Below, piece by piece: positions 1 to 8,519 of a stretch of 64,000 nt of DNA. Position numbers and translations under genes: made by a program. The stretch is from positions 4,704,001 to 4,768,000 of the forward strand of contig OZ220089.1 of the NCBI GenBank assembly GCA_964291625.2, in the 5' to 3' direction. The notes beneath the pieces are model-generated. The model was not told the origin of the DNA. It made no database searches and saw nothing but the letters and a program-made list of their open reading frames with translations. Origin of the DNA: Candidatus Latescibacterota bacterium (GTDB lineage: Bacteria > Latescibacterota > UBA2968 > UBA8231). The number at the start of each line of letters is the position of its first letter. Positions within the stretch are counted from its first letter, which is position 1.

Positions 1-611
1 GCCGCTACCAGGCGGCCGGGGCCCGCGTCTGCCTGGCCATGCCGCCCTTCGAGCGCAACCGCGTCCCCGACGACCCGGCCGGCGTCCTCGACCACCTGCA
101 CCTGATCTCCGAGCGCGTCCCCGGCCTGTGGCTGTTCCCGTACAACACCCAGGGCTGGAGCGTCGACTTCTTCGAGCGCCTCGCCGGCATCGACGCCGTG
201 ATCGGCGTCAAGGACCCGTGCGTCGACGACCATCCCCTGTTCCGGGCGATCCAGCGCCTCGGCGACCGCTTCGTCTGGATCGGCAACAAGCGCCACGACC
301 CGGGGGTCCTGCACCTGCGCTACCAGGCGGGGATCGAGGGGTTCACCGCCGGCTTCATCAACTTCCTGCCCGGGCCGGAGCTGGAGCTGGAGCGCCTGGC
401 GCGCGCGGGGGAGTGGGAGGGGATGGTGGAGATCCAGCGCCGGCTGGCGCCGCTGGAGAGGCTGCGGAACCGTTACGGGGAGGCCCTGATCAAGGCCGGC
501 CTCGACGCCGCGGGTCTGTGCGGTGGCCGGGTGCGGCCGCCGAGGGTCGATCTCGACGACGAGGGGAGAGAGGCGCTGCGGGCGGAGCTGTCGAAGTGGG
601 GGGTCGGTTGA
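1..611 (+). CDS. Dihydrodipicolinate synthase (DapA/NanA) family class I aldolase, 5'-truncated by the window edge
   Basis: Frame is open upstream of ATG 39. Motifs MPP, YNT, GVKD (Schiff-base Lys), 'IKAGLDAAGL..GRVRPP'. Confidence 0.75.
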   Translation, partial: RYQAAGARVCLAMPPFERNRVPDDPAGVLDHLHLISERVPGLWLFPYNTQGWSVDFFERLAGIDAVIGVKDPCVDDHPLFRAIQRLGDRFVWIGNKRHDPGVLHLRYQAGIEGFTAGFINFLPGPELELERLARAGEWEGMVEIQRRLAPLERLRNRYGEALIKAGLDAAGLCGGRVRPPRVDLDDEGREALRAELSKWGVG

Positions 612-621
612 GCCGGGGGCT

Positions 622-1758
622 TCAGCGCGACTCGATCACCTCGTCGACCTGCTCCCGGAGCCGGTCGAGGACCTCGTCGTAGCCGAAGCGGCCCACCAGC
701 TCGGGTCCGCGCTTCAGGTTGACGAAGGTCGGCGCGCACCACAGGCCGAGGTCGGCGTCGTCGGTCTCGCCCGGCCCGTTCACGCGGCACCCCATGACGG
801 CGATGGTGATGGAGTGCATCTTCGCGTACTCGGTGACCTCCCGGACCTTCTGGGCCAGCTCGATGAACGCCTCGTTCTCGACGCGCGAGCACGAGGGACA
901 GGAGATGATGTTCATCCCCTCGGGCCGGTACCGGGGCACCGACCGGAAGCGGCCGGCCTCGATGTCCTCGAGGATGCCGCGGCCGGTGGCGATCTCCTCG
1001 CCCTTGTCGTCGAAGGGCAGGGTGAGGGAGACGCGGATGGTGTCGCCGATGCCGTCGGAGAGGAGCTGCTCGAAGGCGATGCGGGTCTTGATGACGCCGT
1101 CGGGGGGCATGCCCGCCTCGGTGACGCCGAGATGGAGGGGGACGTCGGGACGCTGTTCGGCGAAGCGGCGGTTGGCGTCGATGACCTTGTTGGGATCGGA
1201 GTCCTTGAGGGAGACGCAGTAGCGCTCGAAGCCGATGGAGTCGAGCATCTCGCAGTGCTCGAGGGCGGAGGCGAGCATGGGACCGATCGAGTCGTCCTCG
1301 GGGAACTGGTCGACCTTGGCGGGATCGACGGAGCCGCAGTTCACGCCGACCCGGATGGCGCAGTCGTTGGCCTCGGCCACCTCGGCCAGGTACGCAACCT
1401 TGTCGCGCTCCGGGCGTCGGCGCTCGTGATGGTAGAGATGCCCCGGATTGTAGCGGATCTTCTGAACGTGGGGGGCCACGACCTCGGCCAGGCGGTAGTT
1501 CTCCTGCAGGTCGACGGAGAGGGGCCGCGTGGCGGACTCGGAGATCTCGGCCAGGGCGTCCGTGTCCTTACGGCTGTCCACGGCGATGCGGATGACGTCC
1601 GCCCCCGCCGCCTCGAGCAGCCGCACCTGCCGGAGGGTGGCCTCGATGTCCTGGGTGCGCGTGGCCGCCATGCTCTGCACGGCCACGGGGTGCCCGGCGC
1701 CGATGGACAGGTCGCCGATGCGCACCGAACGGGTGGGGTTTCTCGGACGCTGGCTCAC
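622..1758 (-). CDS. ispG: (E)-4-hydroxy-3-methylbut-2-enyl diphosphate synthase
   Basis: [45 protein letters not shown]...[12 protein letters not shown] start at 1758 chosen. Confidence 0.97.
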   Translation of the reverse strand: MSQRPRNPTRSVRIGDLSIGAGHPVAVQSMAATRTQDIEATLRQVRLLEAAGADVIRIAVDSRKDTDALAEISESATRPLSVDLQENYRLAEVVAPHVQKIRYNPGHLYHHERRRPERDKVAYLAEVAEANDCAIRVGVNCGSVDPAKVDQFPEDDSIGPMLASALEHCEMLDSIGFERYCVSLKDSDPNKVIDANRRFAEQRPDVPLHLGVTEAGMPPDGVIKTRIAFEQLLSDGIGDTIRVSLTLPFDDKGEEIATGRGILEDIEAGRFRSVPRYRPEGMNIISCPSCSRVENEAFIELAQKVREVTEYAKMHSITIAVMGCRVNGPGETDDADLGLWCAPTFVNLKRGPELVGRFGYDEVLDRLREQVDEVIESR

Positions 1759-1765
1759 GAGGGCG

Positions 1766-1794
1766 AGTATAACCGCCCCTCCCGGAAACGACAA
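1766..1794 (-). promoter_or_regulatory. sigma70-type promoter for ispG, probably leaderless
   Basis: Minus strand TTGTCG-N17-TATACT, ending 7 nt before the GTG start. Confidence 0.55.
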
Positions 1795-1877
1795 GCGACG
1801 AGAGAGCGGACGACCGAGCCCCGGATCCCCTTCCGTTCGGGGCAGGGGACCGCCAGATCGCGGCCCTCGGGAGCCCC

Positions 1878-3029
1878 ATGAGCCCCGGACTCGACAAGGC
1901 CCCGGACCTGCGCAAGGCGCGTCCCCACCTGCCGGAGGAGGACCTGCCCGCCCTCCTGGGCGACTTCGAGGCGATCCTGCGCAGCGGCGTGCTCACCCAG
2001 GGGCCGTATCTCGAGCGCTTCGAGGCTGACTTCGCCCGGGCCGCCGGGGTCCGCCACGCCGTGGGGATGAGCTCCGGCACGGCGCCCCTGGAGGTGGCCC
2101 TGCGGTTCTGGGAGGTGGCCGGCGGCGAGGTGGTGATGACGACCAACACCTTCATGGCCACCGTCCACGCCGCGGTCCTCGCCGGCGCCACGCCGGTGCT
2201 CGCCGACATCGATCCGGGCTGCCTGTCGAGCCGCCTCGAGCAGATCCGCCCTCACGTGGGACCGCGCACCCGCGCCGTGGTGGTGGTGCACGTGGGCGGC
2301 CTCATCGTTCCCGACGCGGCGGAGATCGCCGCCTTCTGCGCCGAGCGCGGCCTGCCCCTGCTCGAGGACGCGGCCCACGCCCACGGCGCCCGCCTCCACG
2401 GCCGGCCGGCGGGGAGCCTGGGCACGGCCGGGTCCTTCTCGTTCTTCCCCACCAAGGTCATGACCACCGGCGAGGGGGGGATGCTGACCACCGACGACGA
2501 CGGCCTGGCGGAGTTCGCCCGCAGCTTCCGCTGCCACGGCATCGGCCCGGACCGGCTGCTGGTGCAACCGGGGGCCAACCACCGGCTTCCCGAGTTGAGC
2601 GCCGCCCTCGGCCTGCGCCAGCTCGCCCGCCTGGAGCAGACGCTGCTGGAACGGGACCTGCTGGCCCGGCGCTACGACGAGGGCGTCGACGCTCTGGGCG
2701 GCAAGGCCACCCGGTTCCCGTCGGCCGAGCCGCCCGCGAGCCGTCACGCCTGGTACAAGTATCCCGTCACCCTGGGTGAGGATCGGGAGCGGGTGACCGC
2801 CGCCCTGGGCGCCCGGGGCGTCCCCGTGGGCAGTCTCTACTGGCCTCCCTGCCACCTGCAGCCCTCCGCCCGCGATCGGCTCGGCACCGGCGAGGGCGAC
2901 TGCCCGGTGGCCGAGGACGTGCTGCGCCGCACCGTCACCCTGCCCCTCTACAACGGACTCACCGGCAGCCAGGTCGACTCGGTCGTGGCGGCTCTCGGCG
3001 AGACCCTGGGAGCGGGCGGCCTCCCCTGA
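1878..3029 (+). CDS. DegT/DnrJ/EryC1/StrS family sugar aminotransferase
   Basis: [28 protein letters not shown] (PLP Lys). Confidence 0.95.
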   Translation: MSPGLDKAPDLRKARPHLPEEDLPALLGDFEAILRSGVLTQGPYLERFEADFARAAGVRHAVGMSSGTAPLEVALRFWEVAGGEVVMTTNTFMATVHAAVLAGATPVLADIDPGCLSSRLEQIRPHVGPRTRAVVVVHVGGLIVPDAAEIAAFCAERGLPLLEDAAHAHGARLHGRPAGSLGTAGSFSFFPTKVMTTGEGGMLTTDDDGLAEFARSFRCHGIGPDRLLVQPGANHRLPELSAALGLRQLARLEQTLLERDLLARRYDEGVDALGGKATRFPSAEPPASRHAWYKYPVTLGEDRERVTAALGARGVPVGSLYWPPCHLQPSARDRLGTGEGDCPVAEDVLRRTVTLPLYNGLTGSQVDSVVAALGETLGAGGLP

Positions 3030-3718
3030 TGGCCCGGGTCCTGGCCGCCCACCAGCCGAACTACCTCCCCTGGCTCGGGGTCCTGGCCAGGGCCGTGCAG
3101 GCGGACGTCTTCGTCCTCGCCGACGACGTGCAGTTCTCCAAGCACGGGTACACCAACCGCAACCGCATCCGCACCGCGCAGGGGTGGCAGTGGCTGACGG
3201 TACCGGTGCGCACCCGCGGCCGGGCCGGCCAGAGGGTTGGCGACGTGGTTGTGGAAGAGGGCCGCAGATGGCCGCGCAAGCACATGGAGAGCCTGCGCTG
3301 GAACTACGGCCGCGCCCCCCATTTCGAGGAGCACGAGGAGGACCTGGCCGAGATCTACGGGCGCTCCCACCGGCGCCTGCTGGACTGGAACCTCGATCTG
3401 TTCCGGTTCCTGGCGGACCGGCTCGCCATCGGCACCGAAGTGCGGCTCTCCTCGCAACTGGGCTCCGGGGCCGAAGGGACCCGGCGGATCGCCGACATGG
3501 CGAAGGCCTGCGACTGCGACGTCTACCTGGCGGGGGACGGGGGCTCGCGCTCGTACCTGGACGAGGCGGTGATGCGCGAGGCTGGGGTGGAGGTGCGCCA
3601 TGCCTGCTTCGAGCATCCCCGGTACCCGCAGTGCTTCCCTGGCTTCGAGCCCGGCATGTGCGGACTGGACCTGCTCTTCAACTGCGGGCCCCGGTCGCCG
3701 GAGATCCTCCATCCATGA
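3029..3718 (+). CDS. WbqC family protein
   Basis: HQPNYLPWLG, DDVQF, NRNRI, WLTVPV, DLLFNCG. Confidence 0.92.
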   Translation: MARVLAAHQPNYLPWLGVLARAVQADVFVLADDVQFSKHGYTNRNRIRTAQGWQWLTVPVRTRGRAGQRVGDVVVEEGRRWPRKHMESLRWNYGRAPHFEEHEEDLAEIYGRSHRRLLDWNLDLFRFLADRLAIGTEVRLSSQLGSGAEGTRRIADMAKACDCDVYLAGDGGSRSYLDEAVMREAGVEVRHACFEHPRYPQCFPGFEPGMCGLDLLFNCGPRSPEILHP

Positions 3719-4881
3719 CCTCCCGCCTGCGGGTCTGCGTGCTCACCAGCGTCCACCACCCCTTCGATCAGCGCATCTTCTACAAGGAGGCCGTGAGCCT
3801 CGCCGAGGCGGGGTACGAGGTGACCGTCGTCGGGCCCGGACCCGCCTCCTGGGAGGGGGAGCACCGGGGCGTGCGGGTCCTGCCCCTGCCGGTTCCGGCC
3901 AGCGCCCGGAGCAGGGCCGCGCTGCAGGCCCGCCTGCTGGCGGCGGCGCTGCGCCTCGGCGCCGACATCCACCATCTCCACGACCCCGAGCTGCTGCCCC
4001 TGGGATGGGTGCTGAAGGCCCGCGGCCGGCGCGTGGTCTACGACGTCCACGAGGACTTCCCGGCGGCGGCCCTCACGCGGACCTGGGTTCCCCGCCGGGT
4101 GCGCAGGCCTCTGTCCCTCGCCGTCGACCGCGTCGAGCGGGTACTGGCCCGCCGCCTGGACGGCGTCGTCGGCGTCGTCGAGGAGCAGGGCGCCCGGTTC
4201 GGGAGGCGCCCCTTCGTCGCCGCCGGCAACTACCCGCGCCTGGAGTGGTTCCGCCCCCGGGCTCCGGGGGCGCCGGCGCCGGGAGCCGACCTCGTCCACG
4301 TGGGATCCCTGTCCCGCGAACGCGGTGCGCAGTTTCTTCTGGAGATCATGCGCCGGGTGCGGCGCAGCCACCCCCGGGTGAGGCTGAGCGCCCTCGGCCC
4401 CTTCCAGACCCGGGCCACCGAGGCCGAGTTCCGGGCCCTGCTGCGGGAGTACGAGTTGACGGACCACGTGGACTGCCGCACCGAGCGGCTGCCGTACGAC
4501 GAGCTCGGCGCCTTCATCGGCGGCCACCGCGTCGGGCTGATCCCCGGCCAGCGTTCGGCGGCGACCCTGACCCCCTTCTCGCCGACCAAGCTCTTCGAGT
4601 ATCTTGCGTGCGGTCTGCCCGTGGTGGCCAGCGCCCTGCCGTCGATCGAGAGCCTGCGGGAGCGTGGCGAGTGGGGTACTCTCGCCGACCCGGACGATCC
4701 CGGGGACCACGCAAGGGCGATCGCGCGGCTGCTCGACGACCCGCGGGAGGCGGAACGCATGGGCCGCGCCGGGCGTGAAATGGTTGAGTCGGAGTGCAAC
4801 TGGGAGAGGGAGTCCGGCAAGCTGCTGGCCCTGTACGACTCCGTGGTCGGCAGCGCCGGAAGGAGAGGAAGAAGCCCATGA
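3715..4881 (+). CDS. Glycosyltransferase family 4
   Basis: TSVHHPFDQRIFYKE, HDPELL, YDVHED, PTKLFEYLACGLPVV. ATG overlaps the upstream stop. Confidence 0.92.
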   Translation: MTSRLRVCVLTSVHHPFDQRIFYKEAVSLAEAGYEVTVVGPGPASWEGEHRGVRVLPLPVPASARSRAALQARLLAAALRLGADIHHLHDPELLPLGWVLKARGRRVVYDVHEDFPAAALTRTWVPRRVRRPLSLAVDRVERVLARRLDGVVGVVEEQGARFGRRPFVAAGNYPRLEWFRPRAPGAPAPGADLVHVGSLSRERGAQFLLEIMRRVRRSHPRVRLSALGPFQTRATEAEFRALLREYELTDHVDCRTERLPYDELGAFIGGHRVGLIPGQRSAATLTPFSPTKLFEYLACGLPVVASALPSIESLRERGEWGTLADPDDPGDHARAIARLLDDPREAERMGRAGREMVESECNWERESGKLLALYDSVVGSAGRRGRSP

Positions 4882-5714
4882 GAGCGACACTCGCCGCGGC
4901 CGCCGTGTGGACCCTCTGGGCCGCCGCGCCGCCGGCTCCGGCCGCCGCCGGCGCCTGGGCCCAGCCGGCCGGCGGCTACTACGCCAAGGCTTCCGGGATC
5001 CGCTACGGCGCCGAGGAGGTCTACAACGACATGGGCCGGCGCGCGACGATGGGCATGGACGGGGAGCGCTTCGACAGCGTCCAGTCCTTCCTCTACGTCG
5101 AGTACGGACTGCGGCCCCGGCTGACCGTGGTCTCGCAGTTCGGCGCCGGCCGGCTCACCAGCGAGAACCGCCGGGTGCGCCGGGAGCGGACGGCCACGGG
5201 CGATCTCGAGGTGTGGCTGAAGTACCAGACCCTCGACCATCCCGTGGTGGTCTCACCGATGATCGGGGTCAAGGCCCCCATCGGCTACGACGAGGGCGGA
5301 GACCCGCCCGTGGGTACGGGCGACTTCGACGCCGAGGCCCGGCTCCTGCTGGCCCGCTCCCTGTACCCGCTGCCCGCCTACGTCGGGCTCGAGGCCGGTT
5401 ACCGGGTGCGGCGGGGACCGTTCTCCAACCAGCTCTCCTGGAGCGCAGAGGTCGGCGCCACCCCCCGTCCCTGGTTGTTCGCCAAGCTCCTGGCGGGGGG
5501 CACCGACACCCGCACCTCGGGGCCCGGCGCGGATCTCGGCGTCGTCGGCGCTTCCACCCAGGTCTCCGAGGGAGACTTCACCAAGGTCGGCGGCAACGTG
5601 GCGGTGCGCGTCATTGAGGGCCTGTGGCTCGATCTGCTCCACGAGCGCACCGTCGGGGGCGAGAACATCGGGGCCGGAGCCTCCTGGGGGCTCGGCCTGT
5701 CGATCGGCGGCTGA
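4878..5714 (+). CDS. Exported, probable outer-membrane beta-barrel protein
   Basis: Ala-rich signal peptide, alternating beta-strand pattern (YVEYGL, GDLEVWLKY), terminal WGLGLSI. Confidence 0.6.
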   Translation: MRATLAAAAVWTLWAAAPPAPAAAGAWAQPAGGYYAKASGIRYGAEEVYNDMGRRATMGMDGERFDSVQSFLYVEYGLRPRLTVVSQFGAGRLTSENRRVRRERTATGDLEVWLKYQTLDHPVVVSPMIGVKAPIGYDEGGDPPVGTGDFDAEARLLLARSLYPLPAYVGLEAGYRVRRGPFSNQLSWSAEVGATPRPWLFAKLLAGGTDTRTSGPGADLGVVGASTQVSEGDFTKVGGNVAVRVIEGLWLDLLHERTVGGENIGAGASWGLGLSIGG

Positions 5715-5739
5715 CGGCAGAGAGAGGAGGCAAGAGTTG

Positions 5740-6882
5740 ATGAATCCAAGGCAGACGAGGCGGCGGTTCCTGCGCGCCGGCGGGCTGGCGGCGGTCTCGG
5801 CGGTGGTGCCCGCCCTCGGGTGCGACCGCTCCAAGGTGACCTTCCTCGAGGCGCCGACGGCGCCGGCGCCGATGCCGGTGGAGGTGCCGGAGGACGGCCT
5901 GCCCGCGGAACTGCCGGCGGCGCCGATCATCTCCAACGACCGGTTCTACCTGCAGTCGATCAACGGCAAGGACTACGACCCGCGGATCCAGGCTGGGAAC
6001 TGGTCCCTCGCCGTCGACGGGCTGGTGGAGCGTCCGGAGCAGGGGCTGCGCTACGAGGCGATCACCGCCATGCCCCTGGAACGGCAGGTGATGACCATGC
6101 AGTGCATCGGCAACTGGATCGGCGGCCCCCTGGTGGGCAACGCCGAGTGGGGGGGCACCCCCTTCCGCAACCTCCTCGATCAGGTCGGTGTCCGCCCCGA
6201 GGCGATCCGCGTGAAGTTCACCAGCGTCGACCGGTACACGACCTCGATACCCCTCGAGCGGGCCCTGCGCGAGGAGGTGCTGCTCGTCTGGGAGATGAAC
6301 GGCGAGACCCTGCCGTCGAAGCACGGCTACCCGGTGCGGCTGATCAATCCCGGACACTACGGCCAGAAGATGCCCAAGTGGATCACCCGCATCGAGCTGA
6401 TCGACGAGGAGTTCCTGGGCTATTGGGAGAGGCGGCCGGAGAACAAGCCCTTCAAGTGGTCGGACGCGGCCGTGGCCACGGTGAACTCGAGGATCGACGC
6501 CCCGGTGTCGCTCTGGGACGACGTGAAGGACCCGGCCAACGGCGGCGTCACCTACGTCTTCCAGACCCTTCGGGGGGAGGTGGGCAAGGAGTACGTCGTC
6601 CACGGCATCGCCATGGCCGGCGAGCGCACCGTCGAGCTTGTGGAGGTCAGCACCGACGGCGGCGCCACCTGGGAGGAGGCCACCCTCACCTCGCGCAGCG
6701 AGCCGAACGTGTGGTGCACCTGGTCCCACCCCTGGAGCCTGCCGGCCAGCGGCCGCCACGAGATCCTGGCGCGGGCTACCGATTCGGCCGGCGATTCCCA
6801 GCCGCGCAAGGACGAGGGACCGGATCTCTACGATGGCCGCACGGGCTGGCACAGCGTGCCCGTCGACGTCTCCACCACCTGA
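5740..6882 (+). CDS. Sulfite oxidase family molybdopterin oxidoreductase, Tat-exported lipoprotein
   Basis: TRRRFL Tat motif, ALGC lipobox, QCIGN (Mo-ligand Cys), HGYPVRL..PG.YG.K..KW, C-terminal dimerisation domain. Confidence 0.9.
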   Translation: MNPRQTRRRFLRAGGLAAVSAVVPALGCDRSKVTFLEAPTAPAPMPVEVPEDGLPAELPAAPIISNDRFYLQSINGKDYDPRIQAGNWSLAVDGLVERPEQGLRYEAITAMPLERQVMTMQCIGNWIGGPLVGNAEWGGTPFRNLLDQVGVRPEAIRVKFTSVDRYTTSIPLERALREEVLLVWEMNGETLPSKHGYPVRLINPGHYGQKMPKWITRIELIDEEFLGYWERRPENKPFKWSDAAVATVNSRIDAPVSLWDDVKDPANGGVTYVFQTLRGEVGKEYVVHGIAMAGERTVELVEVSTDGGATWEEATLTSRSEPNVWCTWSHPWSLPASGRHEILARATDSAGDSQPRKDEGPDLYDGRTGWHSVPVDVSTT

Positions 6883-6917
6883 GGAGAGAAGGGCGCCTCA
6901 CCGGCGCCCGGGGCGGG

Positions 6918-7979
6918 TCAGGAAGGCAGGGGCAGGTCCACCCGCCGATTGCCGGAGGTGTGGCTGGCGAGCATGGCGAGGATGATCTCCAGGGTCTTGC
7001 GGGCCTCGCGGCCGCTGGAGACGAGCTCGGTCTCGGGGTTCTCGATCTTCTCGATCAGCTCGTGGACCGCCGCCAGCTGGCGTTCGTAGAGGAAGCTGTC
7101 CACCCGGATCTCGGAACCCGTCCAGTCGAAGTGGGAGCCGCCGCGGATCACCCGGCCGCCGCGGTCGCTCACCTCGATGCGGCCCTCCTCGCAGGTGATC
7201 GTCACCTGCGATCCCGGGAACTCCGCCTTGTAGATGTTGACGAAGACGCGCACGTCGTCGGCGCACCGCAGGTAGGCCGAGACGCAGGGCTCCAGGTCGG
7301 GGTCGCGGCCGCCGTCGCCGGAGTACTCGGTGTAGTCGTCGAAGCCCTCCTCGAGGTCGGCCACCAGCCACTGCACGTCCTTCCCGGCGAAGAAGGGGAT
7401 CAGGTCGATCAGGTGGGTGCCGTTGCGGAAGAGCATGGCGCGGCGGCTGAACAGCTCCGCCGAGATCGTGCGCACCGGGCCCAGATCGCCGCTGCGCAGG
7501 ATGCGCCGGGCGGCGAGATGGCGGGGGTCCCACCGCCGCGTGTGCTCCACCGACAGGGGCACGCCGCGGGCCTCGCACGCGGCGATCATGCGGTCGGCGT
7601 CGGCGAGGGTGGTGGCGATCGGCTTCTCGCACAGGATCGCCCGGGCGCCGGCCTCGGCGGCCTGCACGCACAGGTCGGCGTGGGCGTGGTCGGAGGTGGC
7701 GATGCTGACGAGATCGGCCTCCTCCCGGGCGATCATCTCGCCGAAGTCGGTGTAGGTCCGCACCTCGGGCCAGACGTCGCCCCAGTCGGACAGGAACCCG
7801 TCGAGGGCCTCCTGCCGGAGGTCGCAGACAGCCACGAGATCGGTCTGCGGGTGGGCGTGGTAGGCGCCGGCGTGAGACCCGGGCATGGGCCGGTACACGG
7901 AGGAGCCGGAACTCTCGCGGGGCCGGCCGGCCCCGATGCCGGTCAGTCCCGCCAGGACGGCCCGGTAGGTCCTGCTCAA
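6918..7979 (-). CDS. Gfo/Idh/MocA family oxidoreductase
   Basis: C-terminal part of ORF 6918..11513. GLTGIG, CEKPIA, NGTHLID. TTG start overlaps the upstream stop. Confidence 0.88.
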   Translation of the reverse strand: MSRTYRAVLAGLTGIGAGRPRESSGSSVYRPMPGSHAGAYHAHPQTDLVAVCDLRQEALDGFLSDWGDVWPEVRTYTDFGEMIAREEADLVSIATSDHAHADLCVQAAEAGARAILCEKPIATTLADADRMIAACEARGVPLSVEHTRRWDPRHLAARRILRSGDLGPVRTISAELFSRRAMLFRNGTHLIDLIPFFAGKDVQWLVADLEEGFDDYTEYSGDGGRDPDLEPCVSAYLRCADDVRVFVNIYKAEFPGSQVTITCEEGRIEVSDRGGRVIRGGSHFDWTGSEIRVDSFLYERQLAAVHELIEKIENPETELVSSGREARKTLEIILAMLASHTSGNRRVDLPLPS

Positions 7980-8272
7980 GCGGGGTCCCCGTCGCCGAAC
8001 CAGCCCTCGATGCGGTCGCGCACGGCGCGGGCCTGGGCGGGGCTCGAGATCTCGAACTTGCTGCGCTGCTGGTAGGTCCCCTCGCGCTTCTGGTAGCGCC
8101 GGATGGAGACCTTCTGCTGGCCGTACTCGCCGGTCCTGCGGTCGAGGTCCTGGTAGAGGAACATGATCGTCGTCCAGGAGCCCTTGCTCAGGACCTCCTT
8201 GTCGACCTGCTTGCGCAGGACCTTGCCGTCTTCCTCGTAGTGGATGGTCAACTCGTCGATGGTCTCGGCCAT
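7976..8272 (-). CDS. Small conserved-looking hypothetical protein, possibly a PC4-like ssDNA-binding fold
   Basis: AGGAAG RBS, typical codon usage, 'KVSIRRYQK..G.Y...SKF.IS' pattern. Fold is inferred. Confidence 0.65.
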   Translation of the reverse strand: MAETIDELTIHYEEDGKVLRKQVDKEVLSKGSWTTIMFLYQDLDRRTGEYGQQKVSIRRYQKREGTYQQRSKFEISSPAQARAVRDRIEGWFGDGDPA

Positions 8273-8440
8273 GGGGGCTTCCTGGCGGGGCAGGGGAGGG
8301 CTGAGGTACGGAAGCGGGCAATGTACGGGGGCCGGCGCCGGGCCGGCAACCCGGAGCGGCCGCGCCAGCGCCCGGTGGCCGCGTCCCCGCGGGTCTGTCG
8401 AGCGGCTGCCCGCCAGGGGCGGGGAGGGTGGCGCGGCTCC

Positions 8441-8470
8441 TTGCCGGGAGAGATCCGCCGGATGTATACT
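8441..8470 (+). promoter_or_regulatory. Putative sigma70 promoter for the IOR gene
   Basis: TTGCCG-N18-TATACT about 50 nt upstream of GTG 8520. Confidence 0.45.
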
Positions 8471-8519
8471 CGCCTCCCTCAACCCTTGTAAAAACCGCAA
8501 CATAGATCAGACTTCGACC

